Source: a virus (lineage: Duplodnaviria > Caudoviricetes). Taken from it: a stretch of DNA of 56,908 nt. Under the pieces are notes generated by a model. The model had not been told where the DNA came from. It did not search any database and saw nothing but the letters and a program-made list of their open reading frames with translations. A program made the position numbers and the translations under genes. The DNA is taken from positions 1-56,908 of IMG/VR virus record IMGVR_UViG_3300022413_000013. The stretch is one strand, 5' to 3'. This document shows positions 43,404-51,836 of this stretch, in pieces (positions within the stretch are counted from its first letter, which is position 1; each line of letters begins with the position of its first letter).

Positions 43404-45005
43404 ATGGCAACCGAAGTTAGCTCTATCTCTGGATCAGCGGCACAGCTAGCCCTGGCCGAAGAGACCACGATCGGCGTGTTGCCCGGCTCGCCGGTATGGT
43501 TCAACCTCGTCGTCAACTCTTACGGCGATTTCGGCTCGAACCTCAATCTCGAGTCTCGGCGCGTCATTAGCCAGCGTCGGCGCCGGAAGCGCGGCGACAT
43601 CGTGTCCGAGGATGCGTCCGCCGGCTTCGTGACCGATTTCACGCCGACCGTCACAACCAAATTGATGCCGGCCGTTATGCTCGCCAATTGGAACGAGCAT
43701 CCGAAGAAAGGCACCGTTTTTGATACGGGCATAACGGTCGCCGGCACGCCAGCGGACTATGACATCGGCACTGACGCGGCCGTTGCGGGCTGGGAAGTCG
43801 GGCATTTGCTCTATGCGGAGAACTTCAGTACAGCCGCCAACAACGGCCTAAAGCAGGTTACTGGCGTCACAGGAAATACGATTGAGGTATCAGGACTCAC
43901 CGCTGAAGCCTCGCCGCCTGATACCGCCGTAATCCGAGCCGTTGGGATTCAGTTTGGGAGCGCCGAACTTGACGTTGTTAAGTCCGGTAGCGCCTATCCG
44001 CAGCTCAATATTGCGTCGGGAACGCTCGATTTTACCAACTTTCCGCAACTCGTGCCGGGGAGCCGGGTCTATATCGACAAGGCAAACGGCGCGTCCTCTA
44101 ACCGCTTCGTGAACGCCGAGAACAACGGGCATATGCGCGTGTTGTCCGTGACGGCGACCGACCTCACGCTAGACCGGGTCGACGGCGGGTCCGACGGCGA
44201 AACCGACATGACGTCGGAAACCGGCACCGGCCTTTCAATCCGGTTGTTCTTCGCCGATCGCATCGCCGACGAGGCGTTAAACAACACGCGGTACAACCGG
44301 ATCAGCCACACGGCAGAGCGCCAGCTCGGCGAGCCGAACCCGGTCGCCAACCCCGGCGACATCCAAACCGAGGACGTCCTCGGCGCCGTCACGGATACCT
44401 GTGTTATCAGTGTCCAGAACAGGTCAAAGAGCGTCGTTGAGTATTCGCTTCTCGGCATTTCCGCCGCCGAGCATACCGGCCAGGCCGGCGACCTTCGGCT
44501 AACGGAAGGAGTCACCCCGCTAGAGATCGAAGAAAGCGAGTTCATGAACAACAGCTCGCATGTCGTTCGCTCTGTCCTTTCGACCTATCCGGCCGCAACC
44601 TCCGGCAATGCCGCCCCGTCGGTCTTGGTCAACTTCGTGACCGAATACGAGATCGCACTGTCGAACCAGGCAAGCATTCTGCCCGCCGTCGGCCGAACTT
44701 CCGGCTTCGACATCAACACGCTTGATTTTGTCGCCGACGTGACACTAACGAACTGGTTCACCGACATTGCGACGAAGAAGTCGATTCGCGCGAACGATCG
44801 CATTCAGTTCGAAATTGCTTGGCAACGGCCTTTCAATAACCGGACCGTAGGAGTCCTTATGGACTTCCCGTCATGCGCCCTCGGCGACGGTATCGTTTCG
44901 GTCGATATCGATAACGCTATGCAGCAACCGTTGCGCCTCGAAGCGGCCGATAGCGTCGAGCACGATCAAACCGTCTCCTATAATGTTTTTTGGTTTATCC
45001 CGTAA
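43404..45005 (+). CDS. Major tail tube protein
   Basis: LALAEETTIGVLPGSPVW N-terminus, acidic beta-rich 533 aa, followed by a frameshifting chaperone pair. Confidence 0.8.
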   Translation: MATEVSSISGSAAQLALAEETTIGVLPGSPVWFNLVVNSYGDFGSNLNLESRRVISQRRRRKRGDIVSEDASAGFVTDFTPTVTTKLMPAVMLANWNEHPKKGTVFDTGITVAGTPADYDIGTDAAVAGWEVGHLLYAENFSTAANNGLKQVTGVTGNTIEVSGLTAEASPPDTAVIRAVGIQFGSAELDVVKSGSAYPQLNIASGTLDFTNFPQLVPGSRVYIDKANGASSNRFVNAENNGHMRVLSVTATDLTLDRVDGGSDGETDMTSETGTGLSIRLFFADRIADEALNNTRYNRISHTAERQLGEPNPVANPGDIQTEDVLGAVTDTCVISVQNRSKSVVEYSLLGISAAEHTGQAGDLRLTEGVTPLEIEESEFMNNSSHVVRSVLSTYPAATSGNAAPSVLVNFVTEYEIALSNQASILPAVGRTSGFDINTLDFVADVTLTNWFTDIATKKSIRANDRIQFEIAWQRPFNNRTVGVLMDFPSCALGDGIVSVDIDNAMQQPLRLEAADSVEHDQTVSYNVFWFIP

Positions 45006-45490
45006 TGCCAGACATTGGCGCAATTCTCGAAGACTTCAACTTTGCCGACACGATCGAGCACAAGGCCGGCAAGCTCTCGGTAACACTTGCCGAGGCGCAT
45101 GCCGGCCGCAATCGAGCGTTTGGCCGCGCCATGCTTCGATTGTTGAAAGAAAAAAATATCGAAACCAGCGAAGATTTTACCGACGAGCTGGAGATCGATA
45201 TCTTTTGCGAGTGCTTGTTGAAAAGGTGGGATGCTGAGAGAGACGGGGAGCCTATCCCGCTTTCCGAGGCGGCCGATGTCTTCAAGGGCTCAAAGGCGGG
45301 TCTGGCCTTATTCAAGGAACTTGGCAGCGTATGCGCTAAGCCCGAAATGTTCCGGCAAGGCGGTTCGAAAAAAAAGAGGCCGTCAGCTACTACGCGGAAG
45401 CCCTCCAGATCGGCGACAAAGCCCGCGACGTCGCGAAGCAAGCGCAAGCCCGCCGCCAAGCCCCGCCGGCCCGCGTCCAAGCCTTCCTAG
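45005..45490 (+). CDS. Tail assembly chaperone (gpG-like)
   Basis: TAATG-coupled to the tube gene; contains the slippery site A AAA AAG. Confidence 0.75.
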   Translation: MPDIGAILEDFNFADTIEHKAGKLSVTLAEAHAGRNRAFGRAMLRLLKEKNIETSEDFTDELEIDIFCECLLKRWDAERDGEPIPLSEAADVFKGSKAGLALFKELGSVCAKPEMFRQGGSKKKRPSATTRKPSRSATKPATSRSKRKPAAKPRRPASKPS

Positions 45491-45771
45491 ACGCGTGGCG
45501 GCCATGGATGGCGCCGCTTCTCCATGCCTACCAACGGCTAGAGACCTGTCGGAATGCTCACGGCGTCATCCCCTGGACCGCGATCGACGCTTATGCTCGT
45601 CGCTTCGGTATCGAGGACTTCGACCTTTTGGAAGATACGATATACGGTTTCGAGCGCGCAAAGGCGGCCATGACGCCGGCCGCGTCACCAGAGAAGAAGG
45701 CGGCAAATGACACTGGCAACAGAGTTTCAGAGCGCCGAACGTCCGGTCGTTCTCGTCGAGCTGGAGTTTGA
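45370..45771 (+). CDS. -1 frameshift extension of the chaperone (gpGT-like)
   Basis: The -1 frame is open from the slip site (EAVSYYAEAL...) through IPWTAIDAYARRFGI. Confidence 0.75.
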   Translation, partial: KKEAVSYYAEALQIGDKARDVAKQAQARRQAPPARVQAFLDAWRPWMAPLLHAYQRLETCRNAHGVIPWTAIDAYARRFGIEDFDLLEDTIYGFERAKAAMTPAASPEKKAANDTGNRVSERRTSGRSRRAGV

Positions 45772-46243
45772 CAGCGCCCCGATTTTCTTTTGGACTCGGC
45801 CGTTTACCGGCCAGTTCAACGGCAACACGTACAGGCCGCTTGAAGGGCTAACCGGCTCGCTTTCGATCAGACAGAGCTTGGACCGCCCGTCGCTCGATGC
45901 CGGCGCTCAGATCGTCGGGACGGCCGACGAGATCAAGGCCGCGGCGGTACAAGAGGAATTCCAACTTAGGCCGGCGAGGATCAAGCTAGCGGCCGTCGAC
46001 GCCGCCGGCGCGATCGTGGAGTCCGAAGAACTGCTGTCGGGCAAGATGCAAGACATTTCCGCCGTTAGCGACCCGGAGTCGGGCGTCAGCCTTTCAGTCG
46101 TGATCGAAAGCATTTTCGCCGAGATTTCGATCGCTCGCGATCTGCGCTTGTCGGCGGCTGATCAAGCGGCGTTTGATCCGAACGACTCGTTCTTCGACTT
46201 CGTCGAGACCGCCAAGGTTAACGAGCCTCCCTTCGGCGGGTAG
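45707..46243 (+). CDS. Tail tip/hub protein (gpL/DUF2163-like)
   Basis: VELEFDS...FNGNTY...ADQ-x-x-x-x-PNDSFFDFV. Confidence 0.7.
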   Translation: MTLATEFQSAERPVVLVELEFDSAPIFFWTRPFTGQFNGNTYRPLEGLTGSLSIRQSLDRPSLDAGAQIVGTADEIKAAAVQEEFQLRPARIKLAAVDAAGAIVESEELLSGKMQDISAVSDPESGVSLSVVIESIFAEISIARDLRLSAADQAAFDPNDSFFDFVETAKVNEPPFGG

Positions 46244-46460
46244 ACTGCCACGTCACAACGCTGCTCTTGCCGCCGCGCTTGGTCGAGATCCGAAAGCCTT
46301 CCGCCTCGCTTTCAATGCCGAGCGTGCCGTCGACGATCGACCCGTCGTTGCGCTTGATCTGATATCGGCCGCCCGCTACGGCGACGAGCTGAATAGGCTT
46401 TGTGCTCCAAGGCTTGCCGGCTTTCATGATGAAACCCCATTTTCCGACCGGCGGCATCAT
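46218..46460 (-). CDS. Hypothetical protein
   Basis: ATGA-coupled to the upstream minus-strand gene. Confidence 0.5.
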   Translation of the reverse strand: MMPPVGKWGFIMKAGKPWSTKPIQLVAVAGGRYQIKRNDGSIVDGTLGIESEAEGFRISTKRGGKSSVVTWQSTRRREAR

Positions 46461-47269
46461 GGCACCCACCTTTGCAAATACTCGTCGTCGATGGAGTTCT
46501 GAGCAGTATCGGTAATCCAAAGGGCAAAAATTGGACCTTGGAACGGTGAGTTATCGTTTAGGCGCGCCGGATCGTAGATGTTGCCGACGACAAAATCGCC
46601 AGCGGCGTCGGTTGCCTTGGTTGAGCTTGTTGCCGTTGTTACAGTCCCGGTATCAACGAAGGTAGCGCCGTTCCAAAGTCGAAAGCTACCCGATCCGGAA
46701 CTATTGCCACCGTCGTAAGTAATCGAGCCGAGGACGAGATCGCCGGGACTATAGAACCCGCTGGCTTGTATCTGCCATTTGCTTTGATTTGTCATGAAGT
46801 GACGAAAGTCAATCGTTCCATCTGAAAGTATCGTAAGGCGCCATCCTTGGTTTAGGCCGAACGAAAATCGCTTCGAGCAAATTGTGTTACTTAGGCCGAA
46901 CGTAAAGTCGGTTGCTCTATCCAAACGCGCGGCAAAGGAAATCGTTTGCGCCCCCGAACCGAAGAACAAATCGTCCAGAACGGCCGCGCCCGATGTCAGC
47001 TTTCTATCAATCGGGTCCGGTTCCGTTGTTTCCTCGAAAGACAGGCCGTCGAATCCGTTCTGTGTGTTGCTTTCAAGCTCCGGTCCTGGCTCTGCGCCGA
47101 CTTGGGCAAGAACAATCGCGTTTGAGCTTTGGTCTGTCCAGTCGTCGACCTCGCCAGCCGTGTCGTTCACGTTGGTTTCGGACTCCCAGAATGCGACGAG
47201 GTTCGTGTAATCGAGCGGCGTGCCGCCTGCAGCGGCGGCGACCGACCCTTGAAGACCTGGAAAGCTCAT
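46457..47269 (-). CDS. LamG/ConA-like receptor-binding protein
   Basis: LVAFW...W-x-DQSSN...FQGPI pattern; start MSFPG. Confidence 0.65.
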   Translation of the reverse strand: MSFPGLQGSVAAAAGGTPLDYTNLVAFWESETNVNDTAGEVDDWTDQSSNAIVLAQVGAEPGPELESNTQNGFDGLSFEETTEPDPIDRKLTSGAAVLDDLFFGSGAQTISFAARLDRATDFTFGLSNTICSKRFSFGLNQGWRLTILSDGTIDFRHFMTNQSKWQIQASGFYSPGDLVLGSITYDGGNSSGSGSFRLWNGATFVDTGTVTTATSSTKATDAAGDFVVGNIYDPARLNDNSPFQGPIFALWITDTAQNSIDDEYLQRWVP

Positions 47270-47283
47270 GTCTTCAGCGCTCC

Positions 47284-48204
47284 TTATGTGTTCTCGCCGT
47301 AGATGAAGACGCGAGTCGCCGTCACGTATTCGACCGTGCAAACTTTCTGTTGGCCTAGCGTTAGGCCTGCCGTCGCAATGGTGACGCCGCCGCCCGCCGC
47401 GAAGGTGATGTCGGCCGTACCGTCGTTCATGACTGGATAGACTTCGCCCGCCGTGCCGCTGTTGAGCGTCCAGGTCGACGACGAGGCCCCCGTGAAGCGG
47501 TTGCGCTCGCCCCTGGTGACATCGGCCGGCACGGCGACCGCCGCGGCCGTGTGGCCGTCTTCGGTGAAGGTGGCTTTCTCAACCTCGATAATACTGGCGA
47601 GGTTCGTGCCGCCCTGTTGAACGGTCGTCGCGTTCATGGTGCCGGTTACCGAGACCGTCGAGCCGATTGTCATCCTCGCGACTTCCGACCCGGCTTGGAT
47701 CACGCGAATAACAAGCTGGCCGTCTTCCGAGCCGTTGGTGTCGTCGGTCACCTCGGCATCGAGCGAAACGTAAATCGTATCGTTGGCGCCGTCGTCGTGG
47801 CCGCCGAGGTCGACGCTCGCCGCGATTCCCGTCGTCCGGTCACTCTTGATCGTGAACGACCCCGCCGCCGAGGCTTTGTCGATTGTCTGATTTTCGGTGA
47901 AAGAGGCCGTGTTTGCGAGCCCGACGACTGCGGCGAGTTCCGAGAAGAACTTTACGTCGCTGGTATCGATCTCGGCTATTTTGATCCAAGCACTATCCGC
48001 GGCGTTTCGCATGTTGAGTTCTGGCGGCGTAGCGCTGGTATCGATCCACCACATGTACTGAAACGTTGTGGCCGGCGCGGTCGTGCCTGATAGCTTGGTC
48101 AAAATTCCTGCGTTGTAGTCGTTGTGAGCGGTCCTATACGCCGTCCCTGATAGGCCCGACGCTTGGCTGAAATCTGAGTCTGTTGGTTGTGACATCGTCG
48201 GCAC
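47284..48204 (-). CDS. Tail fibre protein
   Basis: SGTTAP...WWIDTS...RNAADSAWI and C-terminal TITF-x-A-x-x-GVTI chaperone-binding-type domain. Confidence 0.75.
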   Translation of the reverse strand: MPTMSQPTDSDFSQASGLSGTAYRTAHNDYNAGILTKLSGTTAPATTFQYMWWIDTSATPPELNMRNAADSAWIKIAEIDTSDVKFFSELAAVVGLANTASFTENQTIDKASAAGSFTIKSDRTTGIAASVDLGGHDDGANDTIYVSLDAEVTDDTNGSEDGQLVIRVIQAGSEVARMTIGSTVSVTGTMNATTVQQGGTNLASIIEVEKATFTEDGHTAAAVAVPADVTRGERNRFTGASSSTWTLNSGTAGEVYPVMNDGTADITFAAGGGVTIATAGLTLGQQKVCTVEYVTATRVFIYGENT

Positions 48205-48207
48205 TCC

Positions 48208-51207
48208 TTAGACGTCGACAGGCAATTCGCGAACGATCACGCGTGCCTGAGAAATTCGAATGTTCACGTTTTGCGAGAAACTGCGGGCTTGGACTCGGAA
48301 CTCGACGCCACGGTGATTGAGCTGATCGGTGTCGATCCGCTGCCATGGACCCCAAGTCGGCGAGCCCGTCGGGTCGTCCCTGGTGCTTCGGTATTCGTGC
48401 CAGGCGTCGGCGACGCCGGGTTGCGACGCGTTTGCGCCGACGGCGTCAATGTCCTCGATCTCGTCGAAGTCCTCGACCGCGTCGAGACTCGTGCTTTCAT
48501 CGACGATCGTGGTTTCGAGTACCGTTTCGACGATCATGCGGGTTACAGCATTGAGCGCTATGCCCGAGCTGTAGAAATAGACGCCTTCCGGCTTCACGCC
48601 GCCGGTTCCGCCGACGTCGTCAATATTGGTGATCGCGTCAACGTCGGTGATGTCGTCCCAATTGTCCGCCGCGGCCAGTTCAAGCCATTGGTTGACCGTG
48701 TCCTCGAACAGCGTGTTTGCGCCGTTGGTCGACGGAAAGGACGGGTCTTCCTGTATGGTAACCTGGTCTTCTGTGCTGTTGTTCGCGTCAAATGTGCCCG
48801 ACGTGATGAATTGACCAAAGGGAACCGGGCGCCGTGTGTCCGCCGAGAACTCGGCGAAGCCCGACGCGTTGCCCGACTGATCGATAAAGCGGATGTAGTA
48901 GGTTCCACGCTTGAACGAGAGCGCGGCGAGCGTCGAATTGCCGTCTTGGGTAGCCAAGAGGATCGAATCGGCGCCTAGGCTTCCCGCCTCGTCGCTGTGG
49001 TGCCGTATCTCGACCTGACCGCCGAACCTGACATCGAGATCAGTCGATTGATCCCAGGTTAGGAAGAAACCGACCGAGCCCAGCGCTTGCCCGGTAAAGT
49101 TCGTCGGATCGCTCGGCGGCGCCGAGAGCGCCAGGATTTCCTGTTGGACGTCGGCCGGCTCGCTTTCCAGGCCAAGCGTATTGACCGCGATCACGCGAAA
49201 GTCGTAGGTGCCGGCCGCGATATCATCAATTCTCGTCGTGAGATCGGCCGTCGGCGGCCGTTGCGTGTAGTCGGTATCGGTCGAGAGCTTGAACGAAACC
49301 TTGTACGTCGAGATGAAGCCGGTAGACGGCGCCGACCAAGTCAACGTTGCCCTGGCTTTCACGCCGGCGCCGTTGTTGGTGATGAACAGGCTCTCGGCGA
49401 TCGACGGCAGGCCAGGCGTTCCGACCTCGAACGGCGAATCGAGCCCTGGCACCTTGGCCGACTCGACGAGGTCGGCGTCGGACGACGTCAAGTCGAAGGT
49501 CGTCGCTTCCAATTGCCGGGCGACGATGTCGACCACCATGGACGCACTGTCTTCGCCGGCATCGACCGCGATTGTTTGATCGCGAACCTCGAACGTCGTG
49601 TTCGCGTCGAGCCCTAACTCGGCGTGCGTGAGGCTAAACACCGTGCCAGGCTTCAGCCGGTAGAGGCTAAGGCTTCCCGAGAACGAAAGGACGCGCTCTT
49701 GCCTGGCGCGCCTGAGTGCGACCGCTGCAAGGCGTTGTGCTGCGGTCGCCTTGCCGACGAGCGGTAGCTCGAACCTTTCCGGCTTCGATATCCCGTTGTC
49801 GGCCACCTGAAAGACGCCGCCGCCGTCCCTGGTCGGATAGTCCTTCGGCTCGAACAGATTGAGCAGCGAGGTATACGTTCCAGTGTACGAGGTCGCGCGC
49901 TCGGACGACGGCAGCCGGTTAGACAGCGCTATGCTTCCGTCCCTCACCTCGCCATCTGTCACGGCCTCGACGCTACCGGGAAAGACTTGCCGGGTTACGT
50001 GGATCTTGCCGTCGTCGAGGTAGAGTGATGCGCCGCAACTCTCCAGCATTCGCAAGATCACTTCGAGCGGCGGATCGGTCGACTGATAAGTAAAGCCCGA
50101 CATAAAACGAACTTCTTTAACTTTTTTTATGTCGAGATCAGTTGTCCTCGTGCCTTGAGCGATGAAATTACCGTCGAGCGCATCTTCGAGCGTCGCGGCC
50201 AGCGCAATCGCCGGAACCTGAAAATCCCCGAAGCGATGGCGAAGCGGCACAACGTGATAGTCAACGCCGGGCGAATAACCCGACGGTATGGATTGCCCAG
50301 CACTCGCGACGACGTTGACGACGTCGCCATATTGAAACGGCGCGACCGGCTGGTCGAACTCCAGCAAATGGTTCGCCGAGGCCTTGTTCGTGTCAGTCGA
50401 AAGGAAAGCGGTTTTCGTCTCGCCCTGGACGTCGACGAGCATTTCCGCCCATGTGGCCATGGTGCTAAAATTGGCTGCGTTAACGTCGCTGGGATCGAGT
50501 CCGGCGCCGCCGATGTTTCGAGCCTTAACCAACATATCGTAGAGCTGAACATAGGGATTGAATGTCCAACGCTGCGGACCGCCGCGCGGATCGATCGGCT
50601 TGCGCAAGCGTGCAATCACCCTCATTTCAGGGTCGCCGTTGACGAAACGCCCTTCGATGAAGGTCCATCGGCTATAGGCGTAGGCTAGGCCGGTTCCGAC
50701 GAAGTCGTTTTCGGCCGACGTCCTCGACGTCAGTTCGGGGATGGCTGTTTGACCAGGCGTGCCAGTCTTCAGGAAGATCTGGCTTCCGTTATTCTTGTAG
50801 CGCCCGGATGTGATGTTTCCGTTGACGTCGATCTGACCCGGAAAGCCGAATGAAGGCTCTGTAAAATCGCCGGGAAAGACGATCGCTTGCGACCCACTGG
50901 TCGTCGTGTTCTCGAACACATAGGCTAGAACGCCGTCGATCTCGTCGGCTGCAATCACGTCGACGACATGCAAGCGGCCGTCGCTCGTGATCTCGCGGAA
51001 AACGCGGACTGTGTCGACTTGCGCCAGGCCGTAGCCATAGACTCGAGGCGCCGAGGTGCCGACTTCCTCGACCGATTGCGCGGCGAGGACTTTTCTAAGT
51101 CCCCTGATGAGGCGATCGGCGCGCTTGCTGGTGACCGCGGACGTTAAGCCCGAGCCTTGACTCGCTTGGCGCTGCTTGGTTGCGCTCGCCGACGAGAAAA
51201 ACGTCAT
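48208..51207 (-). CDS. Tail tip attachment/host-specificity protein J
   Basis: YGYG, GLAY, W-x-x-NP, FN3 domain (GTYDFRVIAVN-x-LG). Confidence 0.85.
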   Translation of the reverse strand: MTFFSSASATKQRQASQGSGLTSAVTSKRADRLIRGLRKVLAAQSVEEVGTSAPRVYGYGLAQVDTVRVFREITSDGRLHVVDVIAADEIDGVLAYVFENTTTSGSQAIVFPGDFTEPSFGFPGQIDVNGNITSGRYKNNGSQIFLKTGTPGQTAIPELTSRTSAENDFVGTGLAYAYSRWTFIEGRFVNGDPEMRVIARLRKPIDPRGGPQRWTFNPYVQLYDMLVKARNIGGAGLDPSDVNAANFSTMATWAEMLVDVQGETKTAFLSTDTNKASANHLLEFDQPVAPFQYGDVVNVVASAGQSIPSGYSPGVDYHVVPLRHRFGDFQVPAIALAATLEDALDGNFIAQGTRTTDLDIKKVKEVRFMSGFTYQSTDPPLEVILRMLESCGASLYLDDGKIHVTRQVFPGSVEAVTDGEVRDGSIALSNRLPSSERATSYTGTYTSLLNLFEPKDYPTRDGGGVFQVADNGISKPERFELPLVGKATAAQRLAAVALRRARQERVLSFSGSLSLYRLKPGTVFSLTHAELGLDANTTFEVRDQTIAVDAGEDSASMVVDIVARQLEATTFDLTSSDADLVESAKVPGLDSPFEVGTPGLPSIAESLFITNNGAGVKARATLTWSAPSTGFISTYKVSFKLSTDTDYTQRPPTADLTTRIDDIAAGTYDFRVIAVNTLGLESEPADVQQEILALSAPPSDPTNFTGQALGSVGFFLTWDQSTDLDVRFGGQVEIRHHSDEAGSLGADSILLATQDGNSTLAALSFKRGTYYIRFIDQSGNASGFAEFSADTRRPVPFGQFITSGTFDANNSTEDQVTIQEDPSFPSTNGANTLFEDTVNQWLELAAADNWDDITDVDAITNIDDVGGTGGVKPEGVYFYSSGIALNAVTRMIVETVLETTIVDESTSLDAVEDFDEIEDIDAVGANASQPGVADAWHEYRSTRDDPTGSPTWGPWQRIDTDQLNHRGVEFRVQARSFSQNVNIRISQARVIVRELPVDV

Positions 51208-51836
51208 TAGATCGCCTCGCGGAACGTAAAATCGAATGTGTGCAAGACGGGGCGTTCAATCTCGAACGAAACTTGATCGATCATGCGGAAAAGGCAGAGC
51301 GGAAACGTATAGGCGACGAGGTCGGAGTCGACCGTGCCTTCGCGAACGCGCGGCCAAACGTCGATCGTGGCGTTTCCGCTGCCGTCCGTGTCGACGGCCT
51401 GCAAGACTTTGTGCCAGTGCGGGCGATTGGCCGGCCCTACCTGGATAATGTCGCCCGGCAAGAGCCAATCCGTGATCGAGGCCGGCCCGGACTTTACTAG
51501 CAACTCTTCGTTGCCGGCCTGGCCGCTGCCGTTCACGGCTGGCGACGACGGGTTGTCCTTTGCGGCGCCGAGCGGTTCGTCGTAGCCGGGGAAGGATAGA
51601 ACGAGCGTGCCTTTCGCGCCTCGAAGCTTTGACACAAACGCCGATACATCTTGCGCCAGGCTTCGCGGAAGCCGGCTGTAGCCAATGCTCGCGCCCCAAT
51701 GGTCGCCCTCGTATTCCTGCACAACGCCTTGCGATGTGAAGCCCGAAAATTGAGCAACGTTCGCCGTGTTCTCGCGGACTGTGATCCGCGCCAGGTCGCT
51801 AATGGGAACGTCAACCGGATAGGTGATCGCCATCAA
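51207..51836 (-). CDS. Distal tail protein
   Basis: Directly after the tape measure gene; IDVWP-x-x-R and F-x-EA ending. Confidence 0.75.
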   Translation of the reverse strand: MMAITYPVDVPISDLARITVRENTANVAQFSGFTSQGVVQEYEGDHWGASIGYSRLPRSLAQDVSAFVSKLRGAKGTLVLSFPGYDEPLGAAKDNPSSPAVNGSGQAGNEELLVKSGPASITDWLLPGDIIQVGPANRPHWHKVLQAVDTDGSGNATIDVWPRVREGTVDSDLVAYTFPLCLFRMIDQVSFEIERPVLHTFDFTFREAI

